From: Ptychomitrium polyphyllum
Lineage: Eukaryota
Direction of reading: 5' to 3'
Length of the DNA stretch: 64,000 nucleotides
Assembly (NCBI GenBank): GCA_973851085.1
Contig: OZ316776.1
Coordinates: 6,386,001-6,450,000, forward strand
The notes beneath the pieces were generated by a model. It was not told where the DNA came from. It saw only the letters and a program-made list of their open reading frames with translations, and did not search any database. The position numbers and the translations under genes were made by a program. The first letter of the stretch is position 1; each line of letters opens with the position of its first letter. Shown piece after piece: positions 1-13,990 of this stretch.

Positions 1-3000
1 AGCTATTTTGTGTTACCAAAGAGTTGAAGGTACGTGGTGATTGATGTTGGCATATATTCTTCATCAATGCGCACCTTGACATACACATGGATAAGACTTA
101 CAACAAGGAATTTTGAAAAAAAGTTAGAGAAGGTTGTATCATATAATGTACTAGATAAATCCTGTAGGAGGTTATACTTTTGTTCCATAGGGCTCTGTCC
201 AATAATGATGATGGTTCCCACTGAAAGGTTTTTGTGAGCATACTAAGTGACAAATTATCTACCATGAACTTGTGAGTGAAAGTAATGCATATGATGCTTA
301 GCAGATGTATTTGTAGGAACCAATCTCTTACATCCAGAATCATTGTTACAAGAAATATTAGGGCCACAAATTGGCCAAAAAGAAAGTGTGTCCATCTGCG
401 GAGATTTTGTTTTACCATTCCTGTATTACACAGACTCTTGGCACCAGAATTCTTAGCATGACACCTCATGAATACTGTAACATACTACAGAGGTACCACC
501 TTGGAGCTCTCCTCTAACAGCCCAGATGACAAAGACGAGCTTTCACTAAATGCTCTCAATAAAGACCTCCAATTCTTGGTGGATTTCCTTGGCACATGAA
601 GATGAAGAACACTAACACTTTACCATGTACCTGAGTTCCATGGTCCTTACCACATTATAGTTATTTGCTAATGAAAACGCAAAAAGGAAAGTTTTACAAA
701 ACACAACTCGAAATGTGTTTCTACCATAAAAAGGAGCAAAAATGGGATTAAGGCTGTGCATCAATGAAGAGCCTCAATTGTATTGAACATTGTTAGTAGG
801 CCTTGAACTTTGAACCTTCCTAAAGTAAATTAAGTTTTTCCAAGCCAACTTCTTAGTTTCCACTAGGTGCCCAAAGTTTATAAAGTTGCTCTTTCAAATT
901 AAAATTTCTATATTGCTTGTATAATAAAAGCAAGAGTGCAAGGATTTTTTTTTAATAAGTAACTATATTTTCCTTTCATTAATTAGTCACATACAATGAA
1001 TTTTCTTGGCAAATAGTCCACTACTTACAAAAATTGGTTTTTTGAAATGCTATAACTTTTTGTACATGGCAAAGATTTAAAACAAAAATGAACATGTTAG
1101 ATCTCTAATATGAATACATAACATTCTTTAGCAATTGAAGTAGATCACTTATAAATTATCAACATTCACAATTATAATTTTTAAGCAATTGAACATGATT
1201 ACTATCCAGAAAATACCCAAAAAAATTATTGGCTCATATCCACAAAAAAAATAGTAAAAATTCAAAAAACTAACGTATATTAGAATGTAATTTGGTAATT
1301 TTAGTGATTCATGCCCCTTAATTCCAAGTGACACACAAACTTTCTAAAGAATGTTAAGAGTTCCATTATATTTTCTTAATTAAAAAAATTATTATACAAA
1401 TAAACTTAGCTCTAAGTAAAAGTCAATAAGGATAGCAAAAGTCTTATCTTTTGTTTTTGGTATTCTTTATGGAGGTTATTCCTAAGTTCGTGTCCTTCCC
1501 TCTTATAGATGAGATTTTGTACAAAAGTAACAAGAATAATCTCCTTGATATTGTTAAACCAAAAAAATAATTTATCCACAAAGCATAATTTTATTCTGAC
1601 ATGAATCAAAATTTTCTAATCCTATTAATCATGGTGCAAAAGAATTAGCACCTCTTATCACATTTTCAAGCATAGAAGTTAAAGAATTTTTTATTTTATT
1701 CCATTCTTTATTCCATCCTATTTTAAGAAAAAAACTATTGGTGTTGACCATTTAGATTGATCTTTTGTAAAAAAATCAAATTCACAAAAGAACTAAAATT
1801 TAATTAGCAATGTTTTTGAACTTTTTTTAATTGCAATTCTTTTGAAAATGCTATACTCTTCTAACTCATTCAAAATTTAGTAATTAAGCAATCAACATGG
1901 TCTTTTTATAATAAATTATTTAAAAACTTGTGTAGTTAAAAAATTTGACATCATAAGGAAATAAAGTTTATTGTACATATTTAAGAAGGTAAAAAAGATG
2001 CTATTTAATCCTAATTACTATAATGTTTCAATTTGTGCAGTTAATTATGCTAAAAGATATAATCTACACATTCTTCTAATAGTTTAATTAAAAATCTCAC
2101 ATTTGAAAGTCATATTAAAAAGAAAATCTCATTTTTTCTCTTTACAATAGAATTAGTAGTTCTAAAATGTTTTTAATGAAGTGTAGTTGAGAAATTTTAG
2201 GGATCAATCTTTTGGAATACAATTGATTATTTTTAGATTGCAAGATTAATTAAAATGCTTATATATCTACAAATATAAATTGGATTTGGAATTAAAATTA
2301 AAATTTTCTTTAATATCTCACATATTGAATGCCACAAATCACATTCAATTCAAATAGTTGTGGGTCCTTCAAAAACTTGCATATACATTTGGTGTTTCAA
2401 ATAAGTTCTCAATATACAAAAATACCTTCAAATACAAAAACTACATATTAATGTATATCTCAATTTTAATATTTAATCTAAAAAAATTATTCTTTGTGAA
2501 TCTTGATGTGTTATGAAATATGTATCTACAATGTTCATCAACAATTCTATATACACAATTTTACACAAGTGATATAAGTTCAATGTATATAACAACTAAA
2601 TATGTGTATTATATTTTATGTAAATGTGATTCATGAGTCTTTTATGCCTTAAGAACATTGAGAATACATGTTGTTTTTAAATTTAATTAATTTTTTTTTG
2701 AAAATAATTGATAATGATCTTATTTATTGCCAAATTAAGACTCCTTCCAAAGTCATATTTGACGTACATAAAAAATTATTGTAATATCATTTCAACTTTA
2801 TAAGGTTTCAATAGCATATAAATTTCCAATTTTCTCTCACACAATAAATTTTGTATTGGCTATTATTTTGTATAATCAAATATTATAATTAGAGTGCTAT
2901 TTTTTGGAAGTATTCATCAGTGTTGAAAGTTTAATGAAAAACATGCTTTCTTCAAAAATCACCGTAGACTCCAAAGGATTTATGTTCTGGGATAAGTACA

Positions 3001-6000
3001 AGTATTGTGTACACATCTTAGACCTAACATCAGGTTAAAGCCTGGCTCAAATCTATGAAGGAAGCAAAAGTCAACTTTAAACAACAAACTGGCTTAAATG
3101 GATATATTTGTATGGTTTGCGATGTACGTATAGGAGCTTAGTGGTGCAAGATTTTAGGTGTCGTGGAGTTACTTGGCACATTGTAGAGGTAAGCCAACAA
3201 GGATGACAACTTTCTGCAACAAACTGAACATTGTTGCAGATTGTCCAGCAGAAACTTGCAACTGTACGAGATTCTGTCCAAGCTGCCCATCAGCCCATGA
3301 ATTAACATCTTTGGAATATTGTACTGAAGGGAAGTTACAGTCACCTCAAGAACAATGAATTACTTGAAGCTCTGTGCGGCAATTGTAGCTCATTGGTTAG
3401 TACAACATCATTGGATTCAGGTCTTCAGCAGAAGAGTACAAGTACCCCTGCTGCATTGCTCATCATCATCTGTTGTCAACAACAAGAAAAAAACAACTCC
3501 TTCCAAGAATAAACAACAAGAAAAAAAGCCCATTTTTTCCATTAGTATTTGGTTTGTTCTTGTTTTTTTTGGTTGAGGGGGAGCAAAATGAAAGCTTTAC
3601 TCCATTGTAAAACATTATAAGAACACGACAAAGCACCCATTGAGTCCTTTGCAACGCTCTAAAGTACACCTAAGCATTCTCCCAATCCATATATGTAAAT
3701 TTTTATTTTCTCTCTTATTCCCTTATATTTTCATCCATTCTTTTTAACTACAAAACCTTAGAACATGCTATAAATTAAGATGGAAAATATTACTTTATTC
3801 TCTAAGTTCAACAATCATAAGTTGTTTCAGAACTTTTGGCCAAAAGTTGGGATTCTAACAACTTGCAAGTTGGGCCTTTATGGGTTAACATCTCTAAAGC
3901 TCAGGGACATTCAATGCATGTGCTATCTAACTGTTACATATGGTTTTGACATTGGACCACCAGAATTACATTACTGCTAATCTGGTTCTGACTGCTCTGG
4001 AGGGGTTGTGCAGCAGGTGAGGCCAGTGAGGCCAGTGAGACCATTTAAGGAGGGCGTCATTCTCATTCTTAAAATAAGACAGCCTAGTCTTGCTGCTCTG
4101 GACTTGCATGATATAGTAATAAGTTAATCAATCAGAGGAACTATGCACATCAACTTGCAACTGGTACCCATCCTTCCCCACATCATTTGAGCTACTAACC
4201 TCACCTACACTACCAAACTTCAGCCTAACTTGGAGTATCAACTCAAACAATGTGGAGAGCCTGTTTCCTGGGCTGTCATTGCAGCAACTCTGGTGGCTGT
4301 TTGCACAGCTTTTGCTTGTTGCCCCTTTCATAGCTCCCCACCTTGCTCCATGCTGCCAGCAGACCAATTGAATTTTCAAGCTACACTGTGGCCAGGTTTA
4401 CTGCATAGTGGAATTAAAATAACCCAGGGAGATTTTGGGTACACGTGATGGTTTCCAGAAACACTTAAATACTTGAACTGTTGGGTGAGATTTTGTAGTC
4501 TCAGGTGTTCAAGAGAGTTGCTGAGAGTGACTCGTACTTTTGTGTCCACTTTCTAACCAATCAGGAAAAAGCTGTACTGCTCCAATTGTCAATTTATTAC
4601 AGTAGCTTTCTTATGTGTGTAGAAGGTTAGGTGAAATCACAGATTGCAAAAGCCTTTCTGTTTGGTTAATTATATCTAAAAACTACAGACTGCAATTTGA
4701 TGTTTAATCTTGAGGTAGATTTTTTAAATCAAAAATAGTACATGATGTTTATATTTTTATTTAAATTAAAGTAAAAAAACGAATAATAAAGTAGTATATG
4801 GTATTAAAAACTTGTCATATTGCACTGCAAGATTTGTTGGATAGATGACTTGTTTTTCTGATGTATACTATGCGTACATTCACTTTTTATCATCTTGTGA
4901 TACTTAATTCCTGAATTATATTATTTTAGCACATTGGAAGAGCAACTGCCAGATTTTATTAAATCAAGAAAGTGTTGTTTCATTATTTAATCCTAAAAAA
5001 CATAGAAATTGCTGTATTGGTGCTACTCATTTTGAAAGATTTTGGGCCTATAAAAAAAATTAACAAAGAATACATTGGAATAGAAAAATTAGTCTACTTA
5101 CCAATTCAATTTGAAGCATGTCAATCCAAATTAAACTCCATGTAGAATTATACTTTAACATGAAACATCACAAAAATGTCCAATTATTATAAGTTTTATT
5201 ATTACTATAAAAATAATAAGTTTTTTCTTTCAAATTTTTTCTTTCAATATTTATAATCTAAAGATTTAATTTAGCCAATCATATCAAGATTCAAATACTA
5301 AAATTTAAGAAAGTAGTTTAATGAATACTTAAAAACAAAAATTGTTTAAAATTCATTATACAAAGAACTAAACCATTTTTTGCAAGTTTGAGAAAGGAGA
5401 TGATTTCTTCACATTGTCATTTTCATGCTTTCTTTCAATTTAAACTTCATCAATAGTGGAGAAGTCACACATTATAATTGATTTTATAACCTTTGGATGA
5501 TTATGGAGTAAAAAACCTATCTTAACTCCATGGAACCTATATGACAAATATATGACCACCACATGATTGGAGAATTTAGAGGATGAATAGAAGTATTCAA
5601 TCACATCTTGCAAATAATCCAAAATTTGATTATATGACCCTTTGATATTTGAATTTACAAAAAGCTAAGCTTCATACTAGTAACTCAATATCATTTTGAT
5701 TATAGATTGTGTCTAGCTCTTTGGTCAAGTTACAATATAATCACCAACATAATCAGTGCAATTAACAAGTCACCAACTTACCTTAAATAAAACTATGTAG
5801 TAATTTAATAAATTATAAAAAATTCAAATAAAACCTAGTGTAATAATTTTGCTTTAAATTAATTATATTTACAAAATTAATTATATTTTCATCAATTTTA
5901 GATGATCTCATAATAGAGATTTAACAACTAATATTATAATTCTATATTTGTAATGAATAAAACTTTACAATTGTAGGATTCTTGGTTGCATTTTTATCTC

Positions 6001-6402
6001 TTAGAAAATCAATCAATTTATACTCAAGTTTGATTAATATAAGTGCCTTAAAGGAGTACATATTCAATATCTTTTACAAAAAATTATTTTTCATATATAC
6101 AAAAATTTTAGATACATGATCATATATTATTGTATATCTTGGTTAGAAAATAAATAAATTTTCCAAAAAATTCACTATTATAATGTGAGTTTTTATTGCA
6201 ATGGATGTGTAAAGGTGTAGGCATAATAAATTTGAAACAAAATTAAACCAAATACGACCAATCAACAATTACCAATGTGATTTATTTTAGGTAAATTACT
6301 TCATTAAAGGTTGAAAATCAATCTGCAAAATTGGATTCATCAAAACTTTAAATTTATATTTGAATTATGTTTTCAAAAAATAAATAAATAAATAAAATTA
6401 TT

Positions 6403-6406
6403 TATA

Positions 6407-6439
<33 letters not shown>

Positions 6440-6458
6440 CTATATATATATATATATA
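6403..6458. repeat. (TA)n microsatellite, two substitutions
   Basis: Direct TATATA run of about 28 units, interrupted once by CA and once by TC. Confidence 0.95.
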
Positions 6459-9400
6459 AAATTTTCTGTGTTTATATTCAATTTTCAACAAGAACCATAG
6501 CAAAAAATTGGGAAATAAACATAATATCCATCATTACATGGTATTAATATATATGTAACATGAAATTTATTCAAAGGAGAATTTTGCATTTGCATAATAT
6601 ATTATAGATTGAAATTATTCTTTTAGGCCTAAAAGAATAGATTTGTAATATAAAAGATTTCACTCATTGAATTTTCATCTTTAATTGAACATGTTTTATT
6701 CTTTTGTTGGTTTTGCCACATTGTATCAGATCGTATGAAAGATAACAAGTAAACATCTATAGTGTTGAATCTATATAACATTCTTAGCCAATAGATTTGG
6801 AGACTCTTATATAGATAAAAATTATCTTTGAATATTCCACACTTGACCTTAACCATGTTTAGTTGATTGAAAGTATGCTAAAATTATTGCAATAATTGTC
6901 AAAAGATTTATTTTGATATATTATCAATAAATAGAAGGATTGCATGAAGCATGTTAATTGTTTATGTAGTTTAACTTCAAAGAAGATGTTAAAAGATCCA
7001 ATTGATATAAAACCAAGAATATTATGTATTCATTGAATTATTTAAATTAAATTAGTTTTCATCTTGTTGACATTGTTAATGCTTAATATTTCTTTACTAA
7101 AGTTCAAAGAAGAAAACTTCCAAAAGACACTTTTATTTGAGGAATTTATTAGCCAAGTCATCATGTTACGTGTATCTAGCATTAGAATAATAGCCTCCCA
7201 TAGGAAACATCCAAGGACACATTAATAACCTTCTTATACCTTTGTCAAATAATATTGGACAATAGTGTCTTCACATAGGCCTTTCTATACCATATCACCT
7301 TCCAAGAAATTGGTTCTTAACCCGGAAGAAAGGTATACCAAATGGAATTTGCATGGAAAAATCCAATTTTGAAACATAGAAACAAACTTATAAACGAAAC
7401 AAAATATATTCAAAAAAATATCTTCACAACACCCTAAAATGGAAATTCAGTGTTCTGTGTCTACAGTGGTCTAGCAGAGGCGTTAGGGGGTGATTAACAT
7501 CTCTTAATATCTATGGCAGAAAGAATATTTTCGTGTGAGGACGAACTAAGTTACATAGAGTTTAGCAGAATGCTGTTTCCTTTCTCTTTTGAGGACACTT
7601 GAAGCATCAAAATTGGCATGTCATGCGAACTTGCCCTAGAAAGGGCACAGTAAATGGGCAAAAGAAGCTACTGAGCTCCACCAAGATTAGAGACGGCTAA
7701 TCCTGAATATTTCTGGTCACAAAATAACATCACAGATTATAACTTTGCTGAAGAAATACATTCTCAAATAAGAAAAATTTACCTCAATCAAACTGATTTA
7801 TAGATTCTTGGTTCTGAAATTTGCAAGTTGTTTTCAAAGTTTTGAAATCAACGTGCACTCTTTGTATTTGGTTGGCACTTTGTAAAGGATTGGTACCTCC
7901 TCTGAGGCAATAAGTTCTGGATTAAATAATCAAGCAGGTTCTCTCTGTCTGAGCAAGAGAAAGATGTCAGGATCCAAAGAACTTTCCACTTTATTACAAG
8001 CCTTTGGCTTTTTAATGAAACACATTCATACTGAGGGTGTATGTAAGAAAGACCACGTATTGATTGTGGACAACTGACCACTGTGACATCGAAGCATCCC
8101 TGAACTAGTTAGTGTTTTCCCATTCACATATGTGAGACAATTCTGTAATTATGTCTGAATGGAATATAATTCCCCACATTTAGTAAAATCCTTGAATAGT
8201 AAGTCGTGCTTGTTAATTATTTGTTAGCTGTTCGTATTTGAATCTGTATTTAAAATGATAAAAATGAGTGTAAAATCTTTCAGTGCATGAGTACCATGTT
8301 CAATATTTTTTGAAAATAACCTCATTCCTAGTGTTTATAAATATTATCAAAATTTATTCAAATGTGCCAAATTTGAACCCTTTTAAATTGCTTTCTAAAG
8401 ACATAAGCATTAGATACAACCACATTTTTGTAATTTTATCATTCTCAAATCTTCTAAGATGAAGAAGAAAATCAAAATTCATTAGTGTTATTTGTTAAGT
8501 ACTAGATATGACATATGAGTTTTACATCAAGTGACATCATGTATATAATAATGTGCAATAAAATTGCAAAAATGCTAAGCACTGGTTTGATTCATAGGAA
8601 CTTGTTTTGGCAAACGTGCAACATAGCATTATACTATCAACAAGGAGTGAATTTATGAATTAGGAAGCAAGTGAATTTTAGTGATTAAGTCTTGAATTTT
8701 AATAATTGTTTGGATGAAAATTTGTACTTAAAAAAATTTGGTCTTTAGTCAAATTTTTGTTAGATTTCCCAACAAATATGTAATATATAGCCACTTGGGA
8801 GTTACAAATAATAAGTGTTGGAAGGATTTAAAAGTTGTACCAACAAACAAGTCTAGTATACTTCTATAATGTTTAAGACAAACAATTTGGATTGTTTTCA
8901 TTTCTTCTATGCATATTTATATCTTCAAGTTTTTTTTATTAAACTTCCATAGAATAAACATCTTTTGTTAAATTGTTATTTAACATGAATGATTAGGTTA
9001 AAGTTTTAAAGTGTATTTTGAAGTAGTAAATTCCTTTTATTTCTACAAATTTATAAATATAAGTTACTTGAATAGGAATGTAAAGAAATGTCCATTTGCA
9101 TTGTACATTGTTTGAACACATAGAATTTTTTATTTTTTTATTTTCTTACATGAAAAATTATAAATTGCAAAAAAAACTTCTAAACAACAATCAAACAGCC
9201 TTGGTTAGATTGTTGCAATGTTTTTTATACAAAAAAATTTATAATAAATAAGTGAAATATTCAACTCTAATCTTTAACTTAGTCAAAGGATCTATTTAGT
9301 CTGCAAATGAGAGGTCTACAATTCTATAGGTAATAGGCAAGTTAAACAATCCTTCACATAATAATTAAAATAAATAAATAAAAAAGCAAGTACTTTTATT

Positions 9401-9880
9401 ATTTACTTGTTTTTTGGAAAATGACTAAGCACACTTTTTTGAACCATGTTTGAAAATTTAACCAAATGGGTTAAATTTGCTTCATATGATGCACCATGTT
9501 TTGGTTTTTTGAGTTAGTAACTAAGTTCCAAAAATTCTTTAAAAACTTGAATAATGCAACTTAAGCAAGAAAGACATTATCCAATAATATGAAGCCAAAT
9601 GGGTTTTTTCCTTGGTGTATGTGTCAACAGAACATTACTATTTATTTGGTACAAATGTGTCCAAGCCCTTCAAGGGATCAATATGGAAGTGCTGCTTTTA
9701 ACAAGTATTAGAGTCATGCAACTAAAATTCACTTAGCAAAGTGACACAATAATGCCATCTGTTATTGATGTATAATTTCAAGAGTACATATCGTAATCAT
9801 AAATAGACAGTAAAATCTACTGAAGGTATTGTATTTTTTACTTACTTTGAACACTTGAATAGCAAATTAATATTTCATCA

Positions 9881-10310
9881 GTACAAGAGTGTAATAGCAA
9901 TTGGGATCCCATGACTATGTCCCAACATAATGATATCACTGGCCAACTCTCAGAAGTATCACTTCACAGCAACTTAGGCAGCCTACGGTGAATTAACTGT
10001 GAAAACAGTAATGACAGATGGATCACCTCAATGCAGAATTTGTCTCCCTGCACCTCTGTAATATTTGAATGGAAATTATTTGCATTTCTTAATAGCAGCT
10101 TCCCAAGTTCCCTGACTGCAATTGCTCACAAGATGTTTCAGTTAGAACAGGTGAGTGTGAATCATTGCTTCAATTCATGAGTGAAACTTTATTCTAGTTT
10201 GATTTTGAGAACTTACAGCTGCTAAGTCACTCTAAGGGAGGCTGGCAAAGAAATTTCTGACCAAGAACTAGCCCAACATAAAAAGGGGAATAGTATATGG
10301 CAACATAACC
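9881..10310 (+). pseudogene. Possible decayed LRR (receptor-like) gene fragment
   Basis: 9881-10150 reads VQECNSNWDPM..HNDITGQLSEVSLHSNLGSLR*INCENSNDRWITSMQNLS..LNSSFPSSLTAIAHKMFQLEQ with one stop (9989-9991) and ends at a CAG|GTGAG donor. After the TTACAG acceptor (10218) it reads AKSL*GRLAKKFLTKN*PNIKRGIVYGNIT, loosely like plant extracellular LRRs. Splice phases do not match and the resemblance is by eye only. Confidence 0.25.
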
Positions 10311-13300
10311 ACAAGTTGATGTACACTGTCTTTTAATCCTATTGACCAACTATGTGGTCAACTTTCTATGAGCATTCTTTTCAAAAGCTATGAAAAACAT
10401 ATTGTTTTTGCAGTGACATCAAAATTTGTTGCATGCATAAAAATCATATCTTTTTCAATAAATGATGTCTTGTTGACAACTATCATTGCCAAATTTCAAT
10501 ATAAATTATTTCTTTCAGAAATGAAGTATTTGAGACTATTTATGGAATTGATTTTAAAAAAAACTTTATTTCAGTTTTATCTAGTTATAACTCTTTCTAA
10601 CTAACATAATCTTGGCAACTAGGAAATGTTGTTGATTAAGATAAGCATTTTAACAAATATTGTTGAAATTGAACAAATTGAAACTAAAAGTACAACATAG
10701 GTTCTTGACTTACGTATATATCCATGGTTAAAAATGTTTCTAGTCCACCTCTCTTTTTGCACCTAAAAATCACAAGCGCATTCTCATACTTCTAAACTAT
10801 CAATTTATACACAATCTATGGTAAATAGCATAAAGAATCCCAAGAGGTTCATCCCAATTTCCTGCAAACTACATTTTGGCAGATACTTACTCTGCCGTAG
10901 TCCTTATCTTACATAGTCCTTGTCTTACAGTGTAAAGCCAGTGGCCCTTATTAGGTGCCCACGGGCAGCATGCATTCCTGCCATTTTAAAGAGACGTGTG
11001 ACATTGAAATGGAGGCTGGGACTGGCTTACTTGCACTGAGAAAAGCCCTAGGAAGAATTTTGTTTGATCCCAGTGTCTGCATGTTCCTTTGTGAGCCTTT
11101 CAGACAAATTTGACATTGCTGCTTTCTTGGACACTGTACGACAATGTTATGGGCAACAATGTCCAAGGTGACAAACTGTAGATGCATTTTCTGTAATCTT
11201 TGCCTCAGAATCATCCTTCCAAGACAGCAATGGATCTGCTCTGTGACCAACTGTAAGGGATGCTGTTCCATTTGACAGTTCAGTGTCTGAGATAAAAATA
11301 AAATCAACACCTGTTAATTTTTTCCATGAGAATAAAATTTTAAGATTTTTAAAAACACTTTACTAACAGCAATACAAATTCAATTGCTACTAAAGGGCAG
11401 CTTTATCACCTTAATAACACAGGTGATTAAATTTTTTGTGTGATACATCATTTTTTCCATGTATCCAAACCAACATAAATGCAACACATGAAACTGTTCA
11501 AAAAATACAATAACTTCATAACAAGGCTATCCTTTGACTATGGTAATAGAGAAATATAAACTCACAATGCTCACCCCACTGAATTACTCCTATAACAACT
11601 GGTACTAATTTTTAAACTTTCTGCTTCTTTAGCAGTTATCAAGTCATAACTGGACCATCACAATGAGCGTATTGGTATTCTTGATCAATTTTGCTAAAGA
11701 TCATTTTGTTTAGTTTGCTTTTGACATTGTCAGCATGGAATGGTTGCACACACTGTAAGGGCTTTTTACAGTTGGAAGCTTTGACTTGTATTAAAAAGGA
11801 ATGGAAAATTCTCATTTGTGGAGAGTATTGGTACTCCATATTTATATTTACACCAGTAAAGTATGGGCCATTAACATTGTAAATTTTGTGGATGATAAAT
11901 CTACTTAATATCCTATATGGCACCTATGGATTGTGTTCTTTTGGATTTAAAAGGCCTCATTCTAACTAATTTAAAGAGTGTGCAATTCCAAAGTATTAGG
12001 AATAAATTAGGTTTAATTTTTTTTGGAACCTACAAATAGGATATCAAAAAGAACAAATAACACAATATTTTTAGAAGTTGTGAGTTCTTAATTTTATTTT
12101 TTTTGGAATTCAATTGTTTATATTATTGTGATTTCCATGTTTTCTTCACTATGGGCCATGGCCCTCCTATTAGAGTTTATACTAAAGAAAGCCATGACCA
12201 TGTTAGAAATTAACTAATTGTTATAGACATAATATAATATGCTTAATATTTTTTTGAAGAATATTTCAATAATATACATATAACATACTATGATTTAATT
12301 TTTTTATTGTAGAGTATTTTTCTATGCTTATGCATCTCAATTAAATATATATTTTTTGTACGTGATATTCAAATCTAATGGAGAGTAAACTTCTTTTGGT
12401 GATAATTTTTCTTAAAGACTATAAATTTTAAACCAAAATGGTCTAGGATAACACAAATACATATTGTTTTCAAATAAAATCTTAAATATATCAATTATGT
12501 TACAAATGAATGGATTTTTTTATTATAGTTAATTATTTGTCATTATGTAACAATCTTGCATGCCCTTTATAGTAGTAAAACTTCTGATTATCCTAATATT
12601 TATTTCATAAAAAGTACTTATTTTACAATGATTTTATTCTTTAAACAAGTTACTGTTTGCATCTTTGGATTGGAGCTAAAGCTTTCAAGTGTAAATAGCC
12701 ACTAACATTACTTTTTTTTTTGATCCATTAATCAATGAATAAGCCACACTTATGTGGTGCGTGTTTTTTATTCTCACAACAAAAAGAAAGTATTTGACTT
12801 TTTAAACTGAATTTTTATATGATAAATAGTTTGAGTTTTATAATTTAATGATAAAAATACATTTAAAATAAAATTTATGCTATTGTCAATAGAAAAACAA
12901 TTTTGACACTGCAAAATCAAATTTGTAGGAATTAAAAAACAAAATAAATAATCATAATATGATAAAAATAAATAAAAAATGAAGATTTATGAAAGATTTG
13001 TTTTGATAGACAAAAAAAACTTCAATTTCTTATTTGGTTTTATAATTTGGTTTCTTAATATGCTACTTATATAAATGTAATATCACTAATAACTATTGAA
13101 AGAATTGTACACCTAAGCTGGATTTAAAAGATAATTCTATAAATCAATTACTGGATCATAAAGATCATTCATTTCATAAGTGCTATAATACTATAAAAAT
13201 TAGAAATTTGGTGGATCCAAGGCCTAGGTGTTAAAAAAGTTAGATTTTTTAAGATACTATTGATTTAACTTGAAGGTTTTTATTGAAGTGTTTTTTGGTT

Positions 13301-13867
13301 TATGAATATCTTTATTGCAATTTTTGTATTTTTTGCTATGAGTTATTTTTAATTGATTTCATTACTTGTTTCATTTTTTAATTTCCAAGCATTGATAAAT
13401 TCTATGATTTAAAACAATGATTTGTTGTTGAAGTAGAATATTTGCATTAAAGCGCTCATGGTTTATGTCTTATAGTTTGTGGTAGTAGTAAAACAACAAA
13501 TTGAATTATGTTGGCTTTGAAAATAGGAACTAGGGCTATTGTCTTGTTTTTTTTTTTTTTCATTGCATTAAAAAGTTGTTTTTATATATATAGAATATAC
13601 TTCCTATCATTAGATGTTTTATAAAAAAAATAAAACTTTTTAAAGGAAATTCCAAAAAATTAAAATTATTATTTTAATTTCTTATAAATGAATTATGAAA
13701 TTTTAATGCTTTGTCTTAAAATTTGACCTTTTTGTAGCAATTTGAATTTGTAATTTAATGATAGGTTTTGAATAGTTTGGAGCTTTATTTTTTGAAAATA
13801 TTAAAAAATCCAAATTGACCTTACAATTTGGAAAGGATATTATTACAAATAAAAATTATAAGGCGGC

Positions 13868-13990
13868 CATTACACCTTCAATGTAATGACATTTAACATA
13901 CGTTTATTGTACAATTATGAAACTAAAAAATAAACAGTAAACAATAGAAAGTAAAAAAGCAAAGTAAATAAACAATAAACCAAACAAAAT
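13868..13990. repeat. Dispersed repeat copy 1 (small hairpin plus A-rich tail), probable non-autonomous TE remnant
   Basis: CATTACAccttcaaTGTAATGacatttaacatacgtttattgtacaattatgaaactaaaaaataaaca aligns with 37972-38050. Confidence 0.55.

Noticed and set aside
3138..4560. Cys-rich ORF and LRR-like phrases (LYGLTSLKLRDI, FPTSFELLTS)
   Set aside because: Too fragmentary to assign; covered only as part of the decayed-block finding.
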